Assembly: GCA_041691135.1 (NCBI GenBank)
Contig: JBEPVF010000004.1
Coordinates: 74,511-138,510 of the forward strand
DNA: 64,000 nt
Source of the DNA: Candidatus Peribacteria bacterium
Lineage (GTDB): Bacteria > Patescibacteriota > Gracilibacteria > Peribacterales > Peribacteraceae
Direction: 5' to 3'
Position numbers and translations under genes: made by a program. The notes below the pieces were generated by a model. The model saw only the letters and a list, made by a program, of their open reading frames with translations, searched no databases and had not been told where the DNA came from. This document shows positions 28,742-37,581 of this stretch, in pieces. How positions within the stretch are numbered: the stretch's first letter is position 1; each line of letters opens with the position of its first letter.

Positions 28742-29380
28742 ATGAGTTTATTGGAAGAATATCCTGCCCAAGAAACGAAGCTGCTCATGTCACCCCTCCG
28801 GCTCGATGCCGGTGCGACATTTTTCGAGGGCCAGTCCATTTCGCTCTTAGCGATATTGGAAGCAGAGCGGTTGAAATATCGAGACGATATCCTTTTTCTT
28901 TTGCGTGGAGTGCACGAATGGTTGGGTGATGAGTTCCTTCCTTGTCGAGATGCGGAACCCGAATTGCCTTCTCTCAGAAGTGAATTTAGAAAAAGATCCA
29001 AAAATCTTATGGGAGGCGCGCTCGCTCAGTTCAATAAGCTCAAAGGAACTACTTATCAGGGCATTGTACTTGAACAAAGCGGACCTGTTGCGAAAAATGT
29101 GGTAAATATTCTTCTAGAAGAGCTGGCAGGAAGATTTGTAGATACGCTCAAGACGGAAGATGACGAAGTCTTCCAAAGAATGGTGCTTACTGTAGATGCA
29201 CAAGAAATGATTGATAGGATGATGTATCCTGAACTTGATGGTATGTTCGATGACGAGAAAGGCGAAAGGGCTGCTGACTATAAGACTGACTACGAACGGA
29301 GAGAGGACCACGAAGAAGAAGTAGTTGGACAAATGAAAGTGAATATAAGTACGTATCTGCGTGGATTGGTTTGGGGGTGA
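28742..29380 (+). CDS. Hypothetical acidic protein (AT-richer than its neighbours)
   Basis: 212-aa ORF preceded by TTGACA-17-CAAAGT. Confidence 0.65.
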   Translation: MSLLEEYPAQETKLLMSPLRLDAGATFFEGQSISLLAILEAERLKYRDDILFLLRGVHEWLGDEFLPCRDAEPELPSLRSEFRKRSKNLMGGALAQFNKLKGTTYQGIVLEQSGPVAKNVVNILLEELAGRFVDTLKTEDDEVFQRMVLTVDAQEMIDRMMYPELDGMFDDEKGERAADYKTDYERREDHEEEVVGQMKVNISTYLRGLVWG

Positions 29381-29409
29381 AGATCAAGCTTGATAGCGCG
29401 TTTTACTCT

Positions 29410-29847
29410 TTATGCTGGTAGGCTATTAGTTTTGGGCGCCTCGTTTATTACGAGAACGCCACCGCCTGTTTGCATCCAATCATTGATCAATAACCCTTGT
29501 TGAATCAATTTGTGGTAGTTACTTCGGTTGTTGCCCATCTTTTCCAATAGCTTATTCCACTTAACTGGATCTTTTTCCTGCTCGCTATCCACTAGCATTT
29601 TTCCGTATTCAAGATCTAACTCAGTAAGACGTTTATCTATTTGCTGCAACTTCCTTAAATACCTTTCCATCGCTTGCGGAACAAAGACGCCGTGACCTAT
29701 CGCGGCACCGGATTCTACCGCCAGTGCATCACCAGCTTGCGCCCGTGTAGCAGCGGAGAGTATGCCGATGCAGATGACGATTCGCTGAAGAATCGTATTC
29801 AAATTGGGACGCTGCGCCGATGCTTCTGAGTTGTGCATTTTATCCAT
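29410..29847 (-). CDS. Hypothetical exported protein with short coiled coil
   Basis: Signal-peptide-like segment (..ATRAQA); TTGACA-16-CACAAT, 6 nt before the ATG at 29847. Confidence 0.55.
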   Translation of the reverse strand: MDKMHNSEASAQRPNLNTILQRIVICIGILSAATRAQAGDALAVESGAAIGHGVFVPQAMERYLRKLQQIDKRLTELDLEYGKMLVDSEQEKDPVKWNKLLEKMGNNRSNYHKLIQQGLLINDWMQTGGGVLVINEAPKTNSLPA

Positions 29848-29931
29848 GCCCTGATTGTGCAACGACAATAATCATTGTCAAAACTATAGTAACGCCAGTG
29901 GTAGTTTTGCCCTACCAGCTAGGTTTTTTCT

Positions 29932-30378
29932 CTATTTGAACAACTTTCCCAATTCCTCCTTAAATTCCTCCACATCCTTGAATTCACGGTGTACCGATGC
30001 AAAGCGGATGTAGGCGACCTGGTCGATGGTCTTCAGTTCCCTCATCACATCTTCGCCGATCACGGCACTGCTCACCTCTTTTTTGCTGGCGCCCCACTTC
30101 TCTTCCAGCTTTGTCAGCAGCTGATCAATCTGTTCCTGGCTCACCGGTCGCTTGGTGCAGGCGATCCAGATGCCGCGCTCCAACTTGGTTCGCGAATACG
30201 GTTCGCGCGTTCCATCGCGTTTGACCACGATGAGCGAGGACATTTCCTGACGTTCAAAAGTAGTGAACCGATGCTGGCACTTGGTGCATTCGCGCCGGCG
30301 TCGCACGGTTCTTCCTTCTTCGGCAATACGCGAATCGATCACAGCCGTATCCGGTGATTTGCAGCGCGGACAGTGCAT
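29932..30378 (-). CDS. nrdR: Ribonucleotide reductase transcriptional repressor
   Basis: CPRC..VIDSR, RRRREC..C..RFTTFE, ATP-cone, VAYIRFASV. Confidence 0.97.
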   Translation of the reverse strand: MHCPRCKSPDTAVIDSRIAEEGRTVRRRRECTKCQHRFTTFERQEMSSLIVVKRDGTREPYSRTKLERGIWIACTKRPVSQEQIDQLLTKLEEKWGASKKEVSSAVIGEDVMRELKTIDQVAYIRFASVHREFKDVEEFKEELGKLFK

Positions 30379-30436
30379 GGCTTCAGCCTAGCGTCAGCGA
30401 ATGAGAAGGCAAGAAACTACTTTCTGTAGAGCACTA

Positions 30437-30462
30437 AAAAGGACCTCAATTGAGGTCCTTTT
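30437..30462. terminator. Bidirectional intrinsic terminator
   Basis: AAAAGGACCTC-AATT-GAGGTCCTTTT perfect inverted repeat. Confidence 0.8.
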
Positions 30463-30482
30463 GTATAACAATGTCTGTTCAG

Positions 30483-30659
30483 TTACGCGGCCATGTCGAG
30501 GTCTGGCGTCTGAGCTACAACAGCGTCGATTTCTGCGTTGATCTGTGCCATCACGGCCGCGAAGTCGGCTTCCGTCACTTCAGCCGTATCGATTGACTGC
30601 ATAGTGTCCGTACCTTCCACAGGCATATTCATTCCTTCGAAATCCATAGTGTTTGGCAT
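30483..30659 (-). CDS. Unannotated 58-aa acidic small protein
   Basis: MPNTMDFEGMNMPVEGTDTMQSIDTAEVTEADFAAVMAQINAEIDAVVAQTPDLDMAA*, read by hand; TTGACA upstream (30715-30720) and terminator downstream. Confidence 0.7.
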   Translation of the reverse strand: MPNTMDFEGMNMPVEGTDTMQSIDTAEVTEADFAAVMAQINAEIDAVVAQTPDLDMAA

Positions 30660-30768
30660 AGTTTAGTTGGGAAAATAAACAAAACCGCGGTTATCATCTG
30701 CCAAAAATCCCTGATGTCAATGAATTGAGTTCTCTTTTTCAGTTGGCCTCTATCAGATTCAAAAAACC

Positions 30769-31377
30769 TTATTGCAGGTCAATCGATCCCTTGCGGAGTA
30801 TATGCAGTTCTTTGCCTGTCAGATCGACAATAGTCGATGGAGATTCGTCAGTCAGTTGACCGCTGTCGATGATCAGATCCGGCTGCAGCGTTTCATCTTC
30901 GAATTGTTCGACGATGTCCTGTGCCGAATATGGATTCGGTTTGCCATGCACATTGGCCGAACTGGTGCTGAGCGGTAGACCGAATGCTTTTGTGAGTTGT
31001 AGGGCTACCAAATGGGGAGAAATGCGAACGCCGATTGTCTCGCCGCCACCAGGAGTCACATATAAAGGATGCGGTGCATCTGTACGCAGTCGCATGACCA
31101 GAGTCAGCGGACCTGGCAGGAATTTCTGCGCGAGTTCCTCAGCTTTGTCTGACCACTCCACATATCGCTTCGCCTCTTCAATCGAGGAAAAAAGAGCGCT
31201 CATCGCCTGATTCATCGGACGATGCTTGAGGGCGAATAATTTTTCTGCCGCTCCTTTATTGGTCAGGTCGCACGCAAAGCCGTAACACGTTTCGGTGGCA
31301 TGCGCGATAACGCCGCCGGCCCGCAGCACTTCCATTGCTTGTGCGATTGCCTCAGCGGACGCTGGCAGGATCATCAT
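30769..31377 (-). CDS. tsaC: L-threonylcarbamoyladenylate synthase (Sua5/YrdC/TsaC)
   Basis: TETCYG, K.RP, PGPLT, GVRI, STSSAN, PSTIVD, LRKG. Confidence 0.92.
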   Translation of the reverse strand: MMILPASAEAIAQAMEVLRAGGVIAHATETCYGFACDLTNKGAAEKLFALKHRPMNQAMSALFSSIEEAKRYVEWSDKAEELAQKFLPGPLTLVMRLRTDAPHPLYVTPGGGETIGVRISPHLVALQLTKAFGLPLSTSSANVHGKPNPYSAQDIVEQFEDETLQPDLIIDSGQLTDESPSTIVDLTGKELHILRKGSIDLQ

Positions 31378-34300
31378 GCGGAGCGGAGTACGGGGCGAGT
31401 AATCGATTGATGTTCGCGTCCAAGACAGGCGAAAACTTCACCACGAGCGGTACCGGGATCACCTGCTCACCGATCTGAAGCTGTACGTGCTCGTCTCCTG
31501 GATGCGCTTGAAACAGCTCCTTTAAGTCCAATAATAACTGCTTGGGTGCCCGCGGCGGCAAAACGATGGTATGGGCAGATGCGCTGCCTGCTTGTTGTGG
31601 CTTACTTGTCGCAGCTTGCTCTTTGCCTTCCGCTAAACCCAATGTACTCAATGCTTTCTCCAACTGCATTCCCTGCATAATCCAGCGACCGAGCGGACCG
31701 AGAAAATCATCGACAACTTCTTCTTTCTTGGAGACAGATACCACCTCGCCGGCGATCACGTTGCCTTCTTCATCGATCAGTTCGACCGTTTCTTCGGCGT
31801 CCTCGTCGCGCGGACGGAGCATGATGCCGTTCTTCGCCTCTTCTTCGTCGAAGAACCCTTCCTTCTTGGCGCGGTCGATCATCATCTGCAGCGACGCCTT
31901 CTTCATATTGTCGGCGCGCATCTGCAGCAGGCCCCCGCGCATATCGAGCACACCGCCGATGACCAGAACGGTATCGGGCTGGTTCAGCAGGTTGCCGAAT
32001 TCTGCGAATGTCCGAGGAAACAGCGTCACTTCCATCTTACCGGTCGGGTCTTCCAACGTGAGGATGGCCATCGTTTCGCCTTTTTTGGTCATGATTTTCT
32101 TGATGCCTTCTTCGATGCCGGCGAGGGTCACTTTCTTGCCCACTTCCTTACTCGTCAGCTTGCCGATCAGCTGCGCCTTTTTGCCGATATATTTGCGCAT
32201 GCCGGCCAGCGGATGGCTGGAGACGTACAAGCCCAGCGTCTCTTTTTCCCACTTCAGCTTTTCAAGCGCCGTCGCTTTTTCTCCTTCAGGGAAGTCAATC
32301 GTTGCCTCTTCGCCGCCGGTGTCGAGCGCGCCGAACAAATCGGTCTGCACGCCGGCGTTGTCGCCGGTCGCTTTGGAGTAGTCCACAATCCGTTCGTAGT
32401 TGTTCAGAATCGTCATGCGTTCGCCCAAGCTATCCAGTGCGCCGGCCTTGGTAAGCGCCTCCAGCGTTTTTTTGTTGAGCAGCTTGCTGGGCATGCGCTT
32501 GGCAAAATCTTCCAGACTGGTGAACGCTCCGCTTGCTTCTCGCACGGCGATCATCTGCTGCACCGATGCATCACCGAGACCTTTGATGGCGGCGAGTCCA
32601 AAGCGAATCGAACCTTTGGATCCCACCTTTTTACTCGGGTGCGGAATGGCGGTGAAGTGCCGCAACGATTCGTTGATATCCGGCGGCAATACTGCGATGC
32701 CCATCGCGCGACATTCCTCGATTTCGATCATCACGCGGTCGGTGCGCTGTGCGTCGCTGCTCAGCAGTGCTGCCATGAATTCGGTCGGATAACGTGCCTT
32801 CAAATACGCTGTCTGGTAGGCGATCAACGCGTAACCGGCCGAATGGGATTTGTTGAACCCGTAGCCGGAGAACGGTTCGATCAGCGCGAATATTTCCTCA
32901 GCCGTCTTTTTCTTGTGCCCCAGATCCAGAGCGCCCTTGATGAATTTTTCCTTCTGTTCGTTGAGCAGCGCCGGGATTTTTTTTGCCACCGCTTTGATCA
33001 GCAAGTATCCCGCTCCCAAGCTGAATCCGGCAAATTCCTGCACCACGCGTTGTACTTGTTCCTGGTACACGATGATGCCGTACGTCTCCTCCAAAAAAGG
33101 CTGCAGTTCGGGCACGTCGTACTGGATCAGCTCCGGATTGTGTTTGCGCTTGATGTAGTCGGGGATGGCATCCATCGGACCCGGACGGTAGAGCGCGACC
33201 ATCGCGGTGATGTCGCCGAATTTCGTCGGCTTCAATTGCTTGAGGTATCTGCGCATGCCAGCCGATTCCAATTGAAACACTCCGGTCGTGTCGGCGCGTT
33301 TGAGCAGCTCAAATGTCTCCTGATCATCCAGTGGGATATTTTGCAGGTCGATCTTGGTTCCATGCAGGCGCTCGATAATTTCCAGCGTCGTCTGAATCAC
33401 TGTCAGGTTGGTCAGTCCCAGGAAGTCCATCTTGAGCAGCCCAAGCGACTCGAGTGGCTTGGCCGAATACTGCGTGATGATGATGTTCTCGTCCTTTGGC
33501 GCACGTTGTACGGCCGTGTACTCGGCGGCCGGTTGTTCGGTAATGATGACGCCGCATGCGTGTATAGAGACGTGGCGCGCTTTCCCTTCCAATTTAAAGG
33601 CGGTATCGATGATCCGTCGGTATGTTTCATTTCCATCGTAGGCGGCTTTGAGCTCGTCGGTTTCCATTGCTTCCTTCAACTTCATCCCCGGCCGCTCGGG
33701 AATCAGCTTGGCCAGCGAGTTCATTTCCAAAAATGGAATGCCGTAGGCGCGGCCCACGTCTTTTACAGCTGCGCGCGCGGCCAGCGTTCCGAACGTACAA
33801 ATCTGCACCACGTGATCCAGACCGTATTTCTGGCGTACATACTCCAATACTTCATCGCGGCGCGTGTCGGCAAAGTCGACGTCCACGTCGGGCATGCTCA
33901 CGCGTTCCGGATTCAAAAAACGTTCGAACAGCAGTCCATGCGGAATCGGGTCGATGGTTGTGATGCCCATCACGTAACTGGCCATCGAACCGGCGGCCGA
34001 TCCGCGGCCCGGTCCCACTGTAATGCCACGGCGTTTGGCTTCGTTGATAAAGTCAGCGACGATCAGAAAGTAGCCCGAAAATCCGGCCTGCTTGATGATC
34101 TTGAGTTCGTACTCCAGCCGCCCCTTGAGTGACTCCTGGGTTACCACGCCGCTGGTGTCTTCTTTTATGCTGTAGTCCGGCGGGTAGAACTTCTTGAATC
34201 CTTCGTGGGCCAACGTATCCAGATACTCCTCTTCTGAGGGTTCGCCGTCGGGCAATGGAAAGTGCGGGATCTTGTGTTTGCCAAATTCGAATGTCACGTT

Positions 34301-35125
34301 GCAGCGGTCGGCAATCACGCGTGTGTTTTCCAGTGCATCGGGCACATGGGCGAATGCATGTTCCATTTCTTCGAACGTGCGCATCGAGTAATCGGAATCG
34401 CGCATCGAGAAGCGGCCGGGATCATCCACCTGTGCGTTCTTCTGAATGCACAACAGGACATCGTGCGCTTCGGCGTCTTCGGGCCGGCAGTAATGGCTGT
34501 AGCAGGTGGCGACCAGCGGCACGCCGAGTTCGCGGGCGTGTTTGACCAGTTGCTGATTCACTTCGGCCTGGCCGGGCACGTTCGGCAGATCCATCAGTTC
34601 AAAATACAAATTTCCTTCGCCGAAGTAGCCGTGATACTCGGTCACCAGTTTTTTGATGCGGTCACTGTCTTCGGTCAGTGCTGCCTGCGACAGGGCGCTG
34701 CTCAGCGGTCCGGATAAGGCGATCAGTCCCTTCCCGTATTTTTCGAGCAACTCTTTATCGACGCGCGGCTTGTAGTACATGCCTTCGAGCGCGCTCAGCG
34801 TCGCCAGTTGCAATAGGTTCTCGTACCCCTCTTGTGTAGTCGCCAGCAGCGTGAGCGGGTAGCGCTTCGTGTCGGTACCCGATTCCTTATCCTTTCGCGT
34901 GCGCGCAGCGATGTACACATCCATTCCCAAAATCGGCTTGAGTCCTTCCTTCTGTGCAGACTGATAAAACTCAATCAGTCCGTACGTATAGCCCTTGTCT
35001 GCCAATCCCACCGCCGTTTGTCCCAGTTCTTTGGCACGGGCAACGATCTCACCGGGGCTCGGCAGAGCCTCCAGCAATGAGTAGGTTGAATGACAGTGGA
35101 GGTGGACAAAATCCTCAGCTTTCAT
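31352..35125 (-). CDS. dnaE: DNA polymerase III alpha subunit
   Basis: HLHCHSTYS PHP domain, GPGRGSAAGS, FERFLNPER.SMPDVDVD, FNKSHSA, OB fold. Confidence 0.98.
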   Translation of the reverse strand: MKAEDFVHLHCHSTYSLLEALPSPGEIVARAKELGQTAVGLADKGYTYGLIEFYQSAQKEGLKPILGMDVYIAARTRKDKESGTDTKRYPLTLLATTQEGYENLLQLATLSALEGMYYKPRVDKELLEKYGKGLIALSGPLSSALSQAALTEDSDRIKKLVTEYHGYFGEGNLYFELMDLPNVPGQAEVNQQLVKHARELGVPLVATCYSHYCRPEDAEAHDVLLCIQKNAQVDDPGRFSMRDSDYSMRTFEEMEHAFAHVPDALENTRVIADRCNVTFEFGKHKIPHFPLPDGEPSEEEYLDTLAHEGFKKFYPPDYSIKEDTSGVVTQESLKGRLEYELKIIKQAGFSGYFLIVADFINEAKRRGITVGPGRGSAAGSMASYVMGITTIDPIPHGLLFERFLNPERVSMPDVDVDFADTRRDEVLEYVRQKYGLDHVVQICTFGTLAARAAVKDVGRAYGIPFLEMNSLAKLIPERPGMKLKEAMETDELKAAYDGNETYRRIIDTAFKLEGKARHVSIHACGVIITEQPAAEYTAVQRAPKDENIIITQYSAKPLESLGLLKMDFLGLTNLTVIQTTLEIIERLHGTKIDLQNIPLDDQETFELLKRADTTGVFQLESAGMRRYLKQLKPTKFGDITAMVALYRPGPMDAIPDYIKRKHNPELIQYDVPELQPFLEETYGIIVYQEQVQRVVQEFAGFSLGAGYLLIKAVAKKIPALLNEQKEKFIKGALDLGHKKKTAEEIFALIEPFSGYGFNKSHSAGYALIAYQTAYLKARYPTEFMAALLSSDAQRTDRVMIEIEECRAMGIAVLPPDINESLRHFTAIPHPSKKVGSKGSIRFGLAAIKGLGDASVQQMIAVREASGAFTSLEDFAKRMPSKLLNKKTLEALTKAGALDSLGERMTILNNYERIVDYSKATGDNAGVQTDLFGALDTGGEEATIDFPEGEKATALEKLKWEKETLGLYVSSHPLAGMRKYIGKKAQLIGKLTSKEVGKKVTLAGIEEGIKKIMTKKGETMAILTLEDPTGKMEVTLFPRTFAEFGNLLNQPDTVLVIGGVLDMRGGLLQMRADNMKKASLQMMIDRAKKEGFFDEEEAKNGIMLRPRDEDAEETVELIDEEGNVIAGEVVSVSKKEEVVDDFLGPLGRWIMQGMQLEKALSTLGLAEGKEQAATSKPQQAGSASAHTIVLPPRAPKQLLLDLKELFQAHPGDEHVQLQIGEQVIPVPLVVKFSPVLDANINRLLAPYSAPHDDPASVR

Positions 35126-35196
35126 GCCAAAAGGATAGCATTTTTCCAGTATTACAGCTGGATTTCCACCACTTCTTGGAACAGAAAATCACCTAT

Positions 35197-35235
35197 AAAA
35201 AGAGACCCCAGTCCGACGGAGCGGATGGGGGTCTC
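35197..35235 (-). terminator. Probable intrinsic terminator
   Basis: GAGACCCC...GGGGTCTC stem followed by a T run on the minus strand. Confidence 0.65.
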
Positions 35236-35244
35236 GGCGGCAGG

Positions 35245-35379
35245 TTACTTGCTGGCAGCGGCCCGTTCTTCCGTCGGCTTTCCGGGAGAATCTCCCCGAT
35301 TAAGCACCACGAGAGAAGCAACAACCGCCAATGCCAGCCAGAAAGTAATCTGTAGAGCAAGCTTCCATCTTTCTGTCAT
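35245..35379 (-). CDS. Unannotated 44-aa single-TM small protein
   Basis: MTERWKLALQITFWLALAVVASLVVLNRGDSPGKPTEERAAASK*; AAGGA SD; followed by a terminator. Confidence 0.6.
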   Translation of the reverse strand: MTERWKLALQITFWLALAVVASLVVLNRGDSPGKPTEERAAASK

Positions 35380-35504
35380 GGCGTTCCTTTCCTTACCGCG
35401 GTACGGATGAGGATTGCTCACCTGCCAAAACCTGATGTTATCAGGTCATATCATCTTAAATCGCGTTTGCTATCTTTCAACTACAAAGCCATCAGTTTCC
35501 AAAA

Positions 35505-35669
35505 TTATTTTGATTCCTCGGTTTCTTCTTTTATATGCACACCAAATCCGGCCTTACGACCGGATGAGGGGAACTCAATAGTGTGCGAATGGTTCGCGCA
35601 TGTTTCGATCAAGGGGCGGTCCGTCGGATGTGAACGGTAGCGAATGGTGTCTGAAGTGAGGGAATACAT
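35505..35669 (-). CDS. Unannotated 54-aa small ORF
   Basis: AAGGAGG-6 nt-ATG; MYSLTSDTIRYRSHPTDRPLIETCANHSHTIEFPSSGRKAGFGVHIKEETEESK*. Confidence 0.4.
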   Translation of the reverse strand: MYSLTSDTIRYRSHPTDRPLIETCANHSHTIEFPSSGRKAGFGVHIKEETEESK

Positions 35670-35859
35670 GGTCGTCCTCCTTCGTGCGGAAGGTTTGCAC
35701 CTTCGGCATGCTTCTGGGAACTCCGAGAGCGCCGAATAACGACGGAAGCACCGTGGCTATTGACTATTACTCTCTTATTTCGCGCCCGAACCGCCGGGCT
35801 GATCCTGTTCGCTCGTGCTCCATCCGTGATGCGAAACAACAATATGTGTGTATTGAGAC
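35670..35859 (-). ncRNA. Candidate structured 5' leader / ncRNA (family not recognised)
   Basis: Several stems, including GAAGGT-GCAA-ACCTTC (GNRA tetraloop), GCCCG..CGGGC and GGAGCAC/GTGCTTC. Confidence 0.4.
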
Positions 35860-35865
35860 AACTAT

Positions 35866-35894
35866 ATTATACAACATAAATAGTTTATTTGCAA
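35866..35894 (-). promoter_or_regulatory. Near-consensus sigma70 promoter
   Basis: TTGCAA-17 nt-TATAAT on the minus strand. Confidence 0.7.
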
Positions 35895-35904
35895 TTATCC
35901 TTAA

Positions 35905-36038
35905 AGGCGAGATACGGTGACCGAGGTGGCAGAAGCGATCGAGGTGACAAAAATAGGCTGCAGAAGATTTTGATGAGAATTATTCATAGTACTCATCCTC
36001 TGCCACCTCTGTTTCGTCGGTCACTTCGGTCGCCTCTC
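35905..36038. repeat. Palindromic element built from degenerate 9-mers (terminator-like, downstream of the Cys-rich operon)
   Basis: GAGGTGGCAGA/TCTGCCACCTC, GTGACCGA/TCGGTCAC and AGGCGA/TCGCCT inverted pairs. Confidence 0.6.
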
Positions 36039-36039
36039 G

Positions 36040-37581
36040 TCAGGGTTTAATCGCATCCAGTTCTGCCGCCTTCTTACACTCGTCCGCCTCCTTGCTCGTC
36101 AGATATTCCCCGTTGGTGTAGGGGAAGCACTTGTCCTGGAAGACGATCTTGAGGACGCGGTCGAGGCGTTCGTTGCACGGGCGTTCCAGACAGGAGCGGC
36201 GCAGGAAGTAGGCGAAGTCGCGAACGAAGCCGCGCAGGCTGCCCATCTTCTTGTCGTCACCGTAGATCAGACCCGCCAGACGTTGCACTGAATCGCGCAG
36301 CGGCTGCAGCGTATCGCCGATGGCAAGATGCGGATCGGAGCCGACGGCGAAGGACAATGCCTCGGCCTGTGCCTGGTTACGGCTGAAGTTCTGGAACACC
36401 TGTTGATCGAATTCTTTGAGCGGAATGAAAATGGAACTCGTGTCCGGTGTAATGGCGGTCGTATCGGATGGCGGACGGTCGGTGGCCTGCTGCACACGCA
36501 ATTGACCGAATGATTGCAGCACCTGCGATTGATCCACTTCCAGCGAGAACGGTCCGCGCAAACTGCGCTGGCCGTTGGCGAGGAGCGCGCGGCAAGTCAC
36601 ATCACCTTCGCTCTGGCAGCGTACCGACGTCAGACAACCGACAAATTGTTTATGGACACGCTTACCGGATGTATCCGGCAGAGGCGGCGGTGTTTTGCCA
36701 TCGAGAATGGAATCGATCTGACGCTGGATATCGTCGTACGCTTTGGCCTGACTGTAGTACGATTCGGCTGCCATTTGCACGTTCTTGATGCCATCCAATT
36801 CTTTCTGAACGTCCTTGCGCACGGTGGCATCGCGGTCGTCGTTGTTCGGCAAGACAGTCAGCAGTTTTGTCATGGCTTCCATGTCGCAGCCGTAGCCCTG
36901 CAAATTGGGTGGCAGGTAATCGGTGTTGAACGGACAGCTCATCGGCTGATCGGGCGGCAGTGTGCAACCGTTCTGCGTGCACTCGTTCACCGTGTACGAG
37001 AACGCGCCGCCGTCATCCGCACACTGCTGCGAGGTTGTCTCTTCGTTACAGGCATCGCCCGTCTTGACGCAACAAAAACCGGTGGTTGATGGATGCGGAT
37101 CAAAACTGCGCGGCTGTTGCCAGGTATCGTCGCTGTACGTCGGATCCGTCGCACCGTGCGCAAGATTATTCTCGCTCTCACTCAGAAAACCCAGCACGCT
37201 CTGCAGATCGAAAATAGTCGTCACCTGGCGTTGGCGCTCGGCTTTCTGCAATTGGTCCTGCACGTCCTCCATCTTGCGTTCGATCAGATACAAGTCGGCA
37301 TGCAGGCACGCGTTGCGGTCGGGCAGGTCGCGTTCCTGGTCCACCACCTGCTGGCCCGTATCAACCAAGCTGAGGGACGTAGAAAGGACAATATTGATCC
37401 ACTGCAGACGCGCATTGGCGAAGTATGTCCCCAATGCGTCTTTCGGATCCCATGCATGCTTGATGCCTTCGTCGGCGCGTTGCAGCACTTGCTCAACGTA
37501 GGAAGGCGGCTGCTCAGCCGCAAACACCACGGTCGGGTGCAAGACGATCAGGCCGATGAGCAGTGACAGCAGGCGTTTCAT
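36040..37581 (-). CDS. Secreted cysteine-rich hypothetical protein (operon gene 5)
   Basis: Signal peptide ..VVFA; about 16 Cys; TAATG overlap with gene 4. Confidence 0.85.
   Translation of the reverse strand: MKRLLSLLIGLIVLHPTVVFAAEQPPSYVEQVLQRADEGIKHAWDPKDALGTYFANARLQWINIVLSTSLSLVDTGQQVVDQERDLPDRNACLHADLYLIERKMEDVQDQLQKAERQRQVTTIFDLQSVLGFLSESENNLAHGATDPTYSDDTWQQPRSFDPHPSTTGFCCVKTGDACNEETTSQQCADDGGAFSYTVNECTQNGCTLPPDQPMSCPFNTDYLPPNLQGYGCDMEAMTKLLTVLPNNDDRDATVRKDVQKELDGIKNVQMAAESYYSQAKAYDDIQRQIDSILDGKTPPPLPDTSGKRVHKQFVGCLTSVRCQSEGDVTCRALLANGQRSLRGPFSLEVDQSQVLQSFGQLRVQQATDRPPSDTTAITPDTSSIFIPLKEFDQQVFQNFSRNQAQAEALSFAVGSDPHLAIGDTLQPLRDSVQRLAGLIYGDDKKMGSLRGFVRDFAYFLRRSCLERPCNERLDRVLKIVFQDKCFPYTNGEYLTSKEADECKKAAELDAIKP

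Noticed and set aside
30412-30432. Possible NrdR box upstream of nrdR (AACTACTTTCTGTAG)
   Set aside because: Single weak match with no tandem partner
32213-34132. 639-aa plus-strand ORF and similar long antisense ORFs (e.g. 3386-4297, 27723-28592, 37977-39068)
   Set aside because: They are shadows of well-supported genes on the opposite strand and have no motifs
35500-35860. tmRNA, RNase P RNA, 6S RNA or c-di-GMP riboswitch
   Set aside because: It lacks tRNA-like ends, the GAGGAAAGUCC core and the GEMM consensus; kept only as an unknown structured leader
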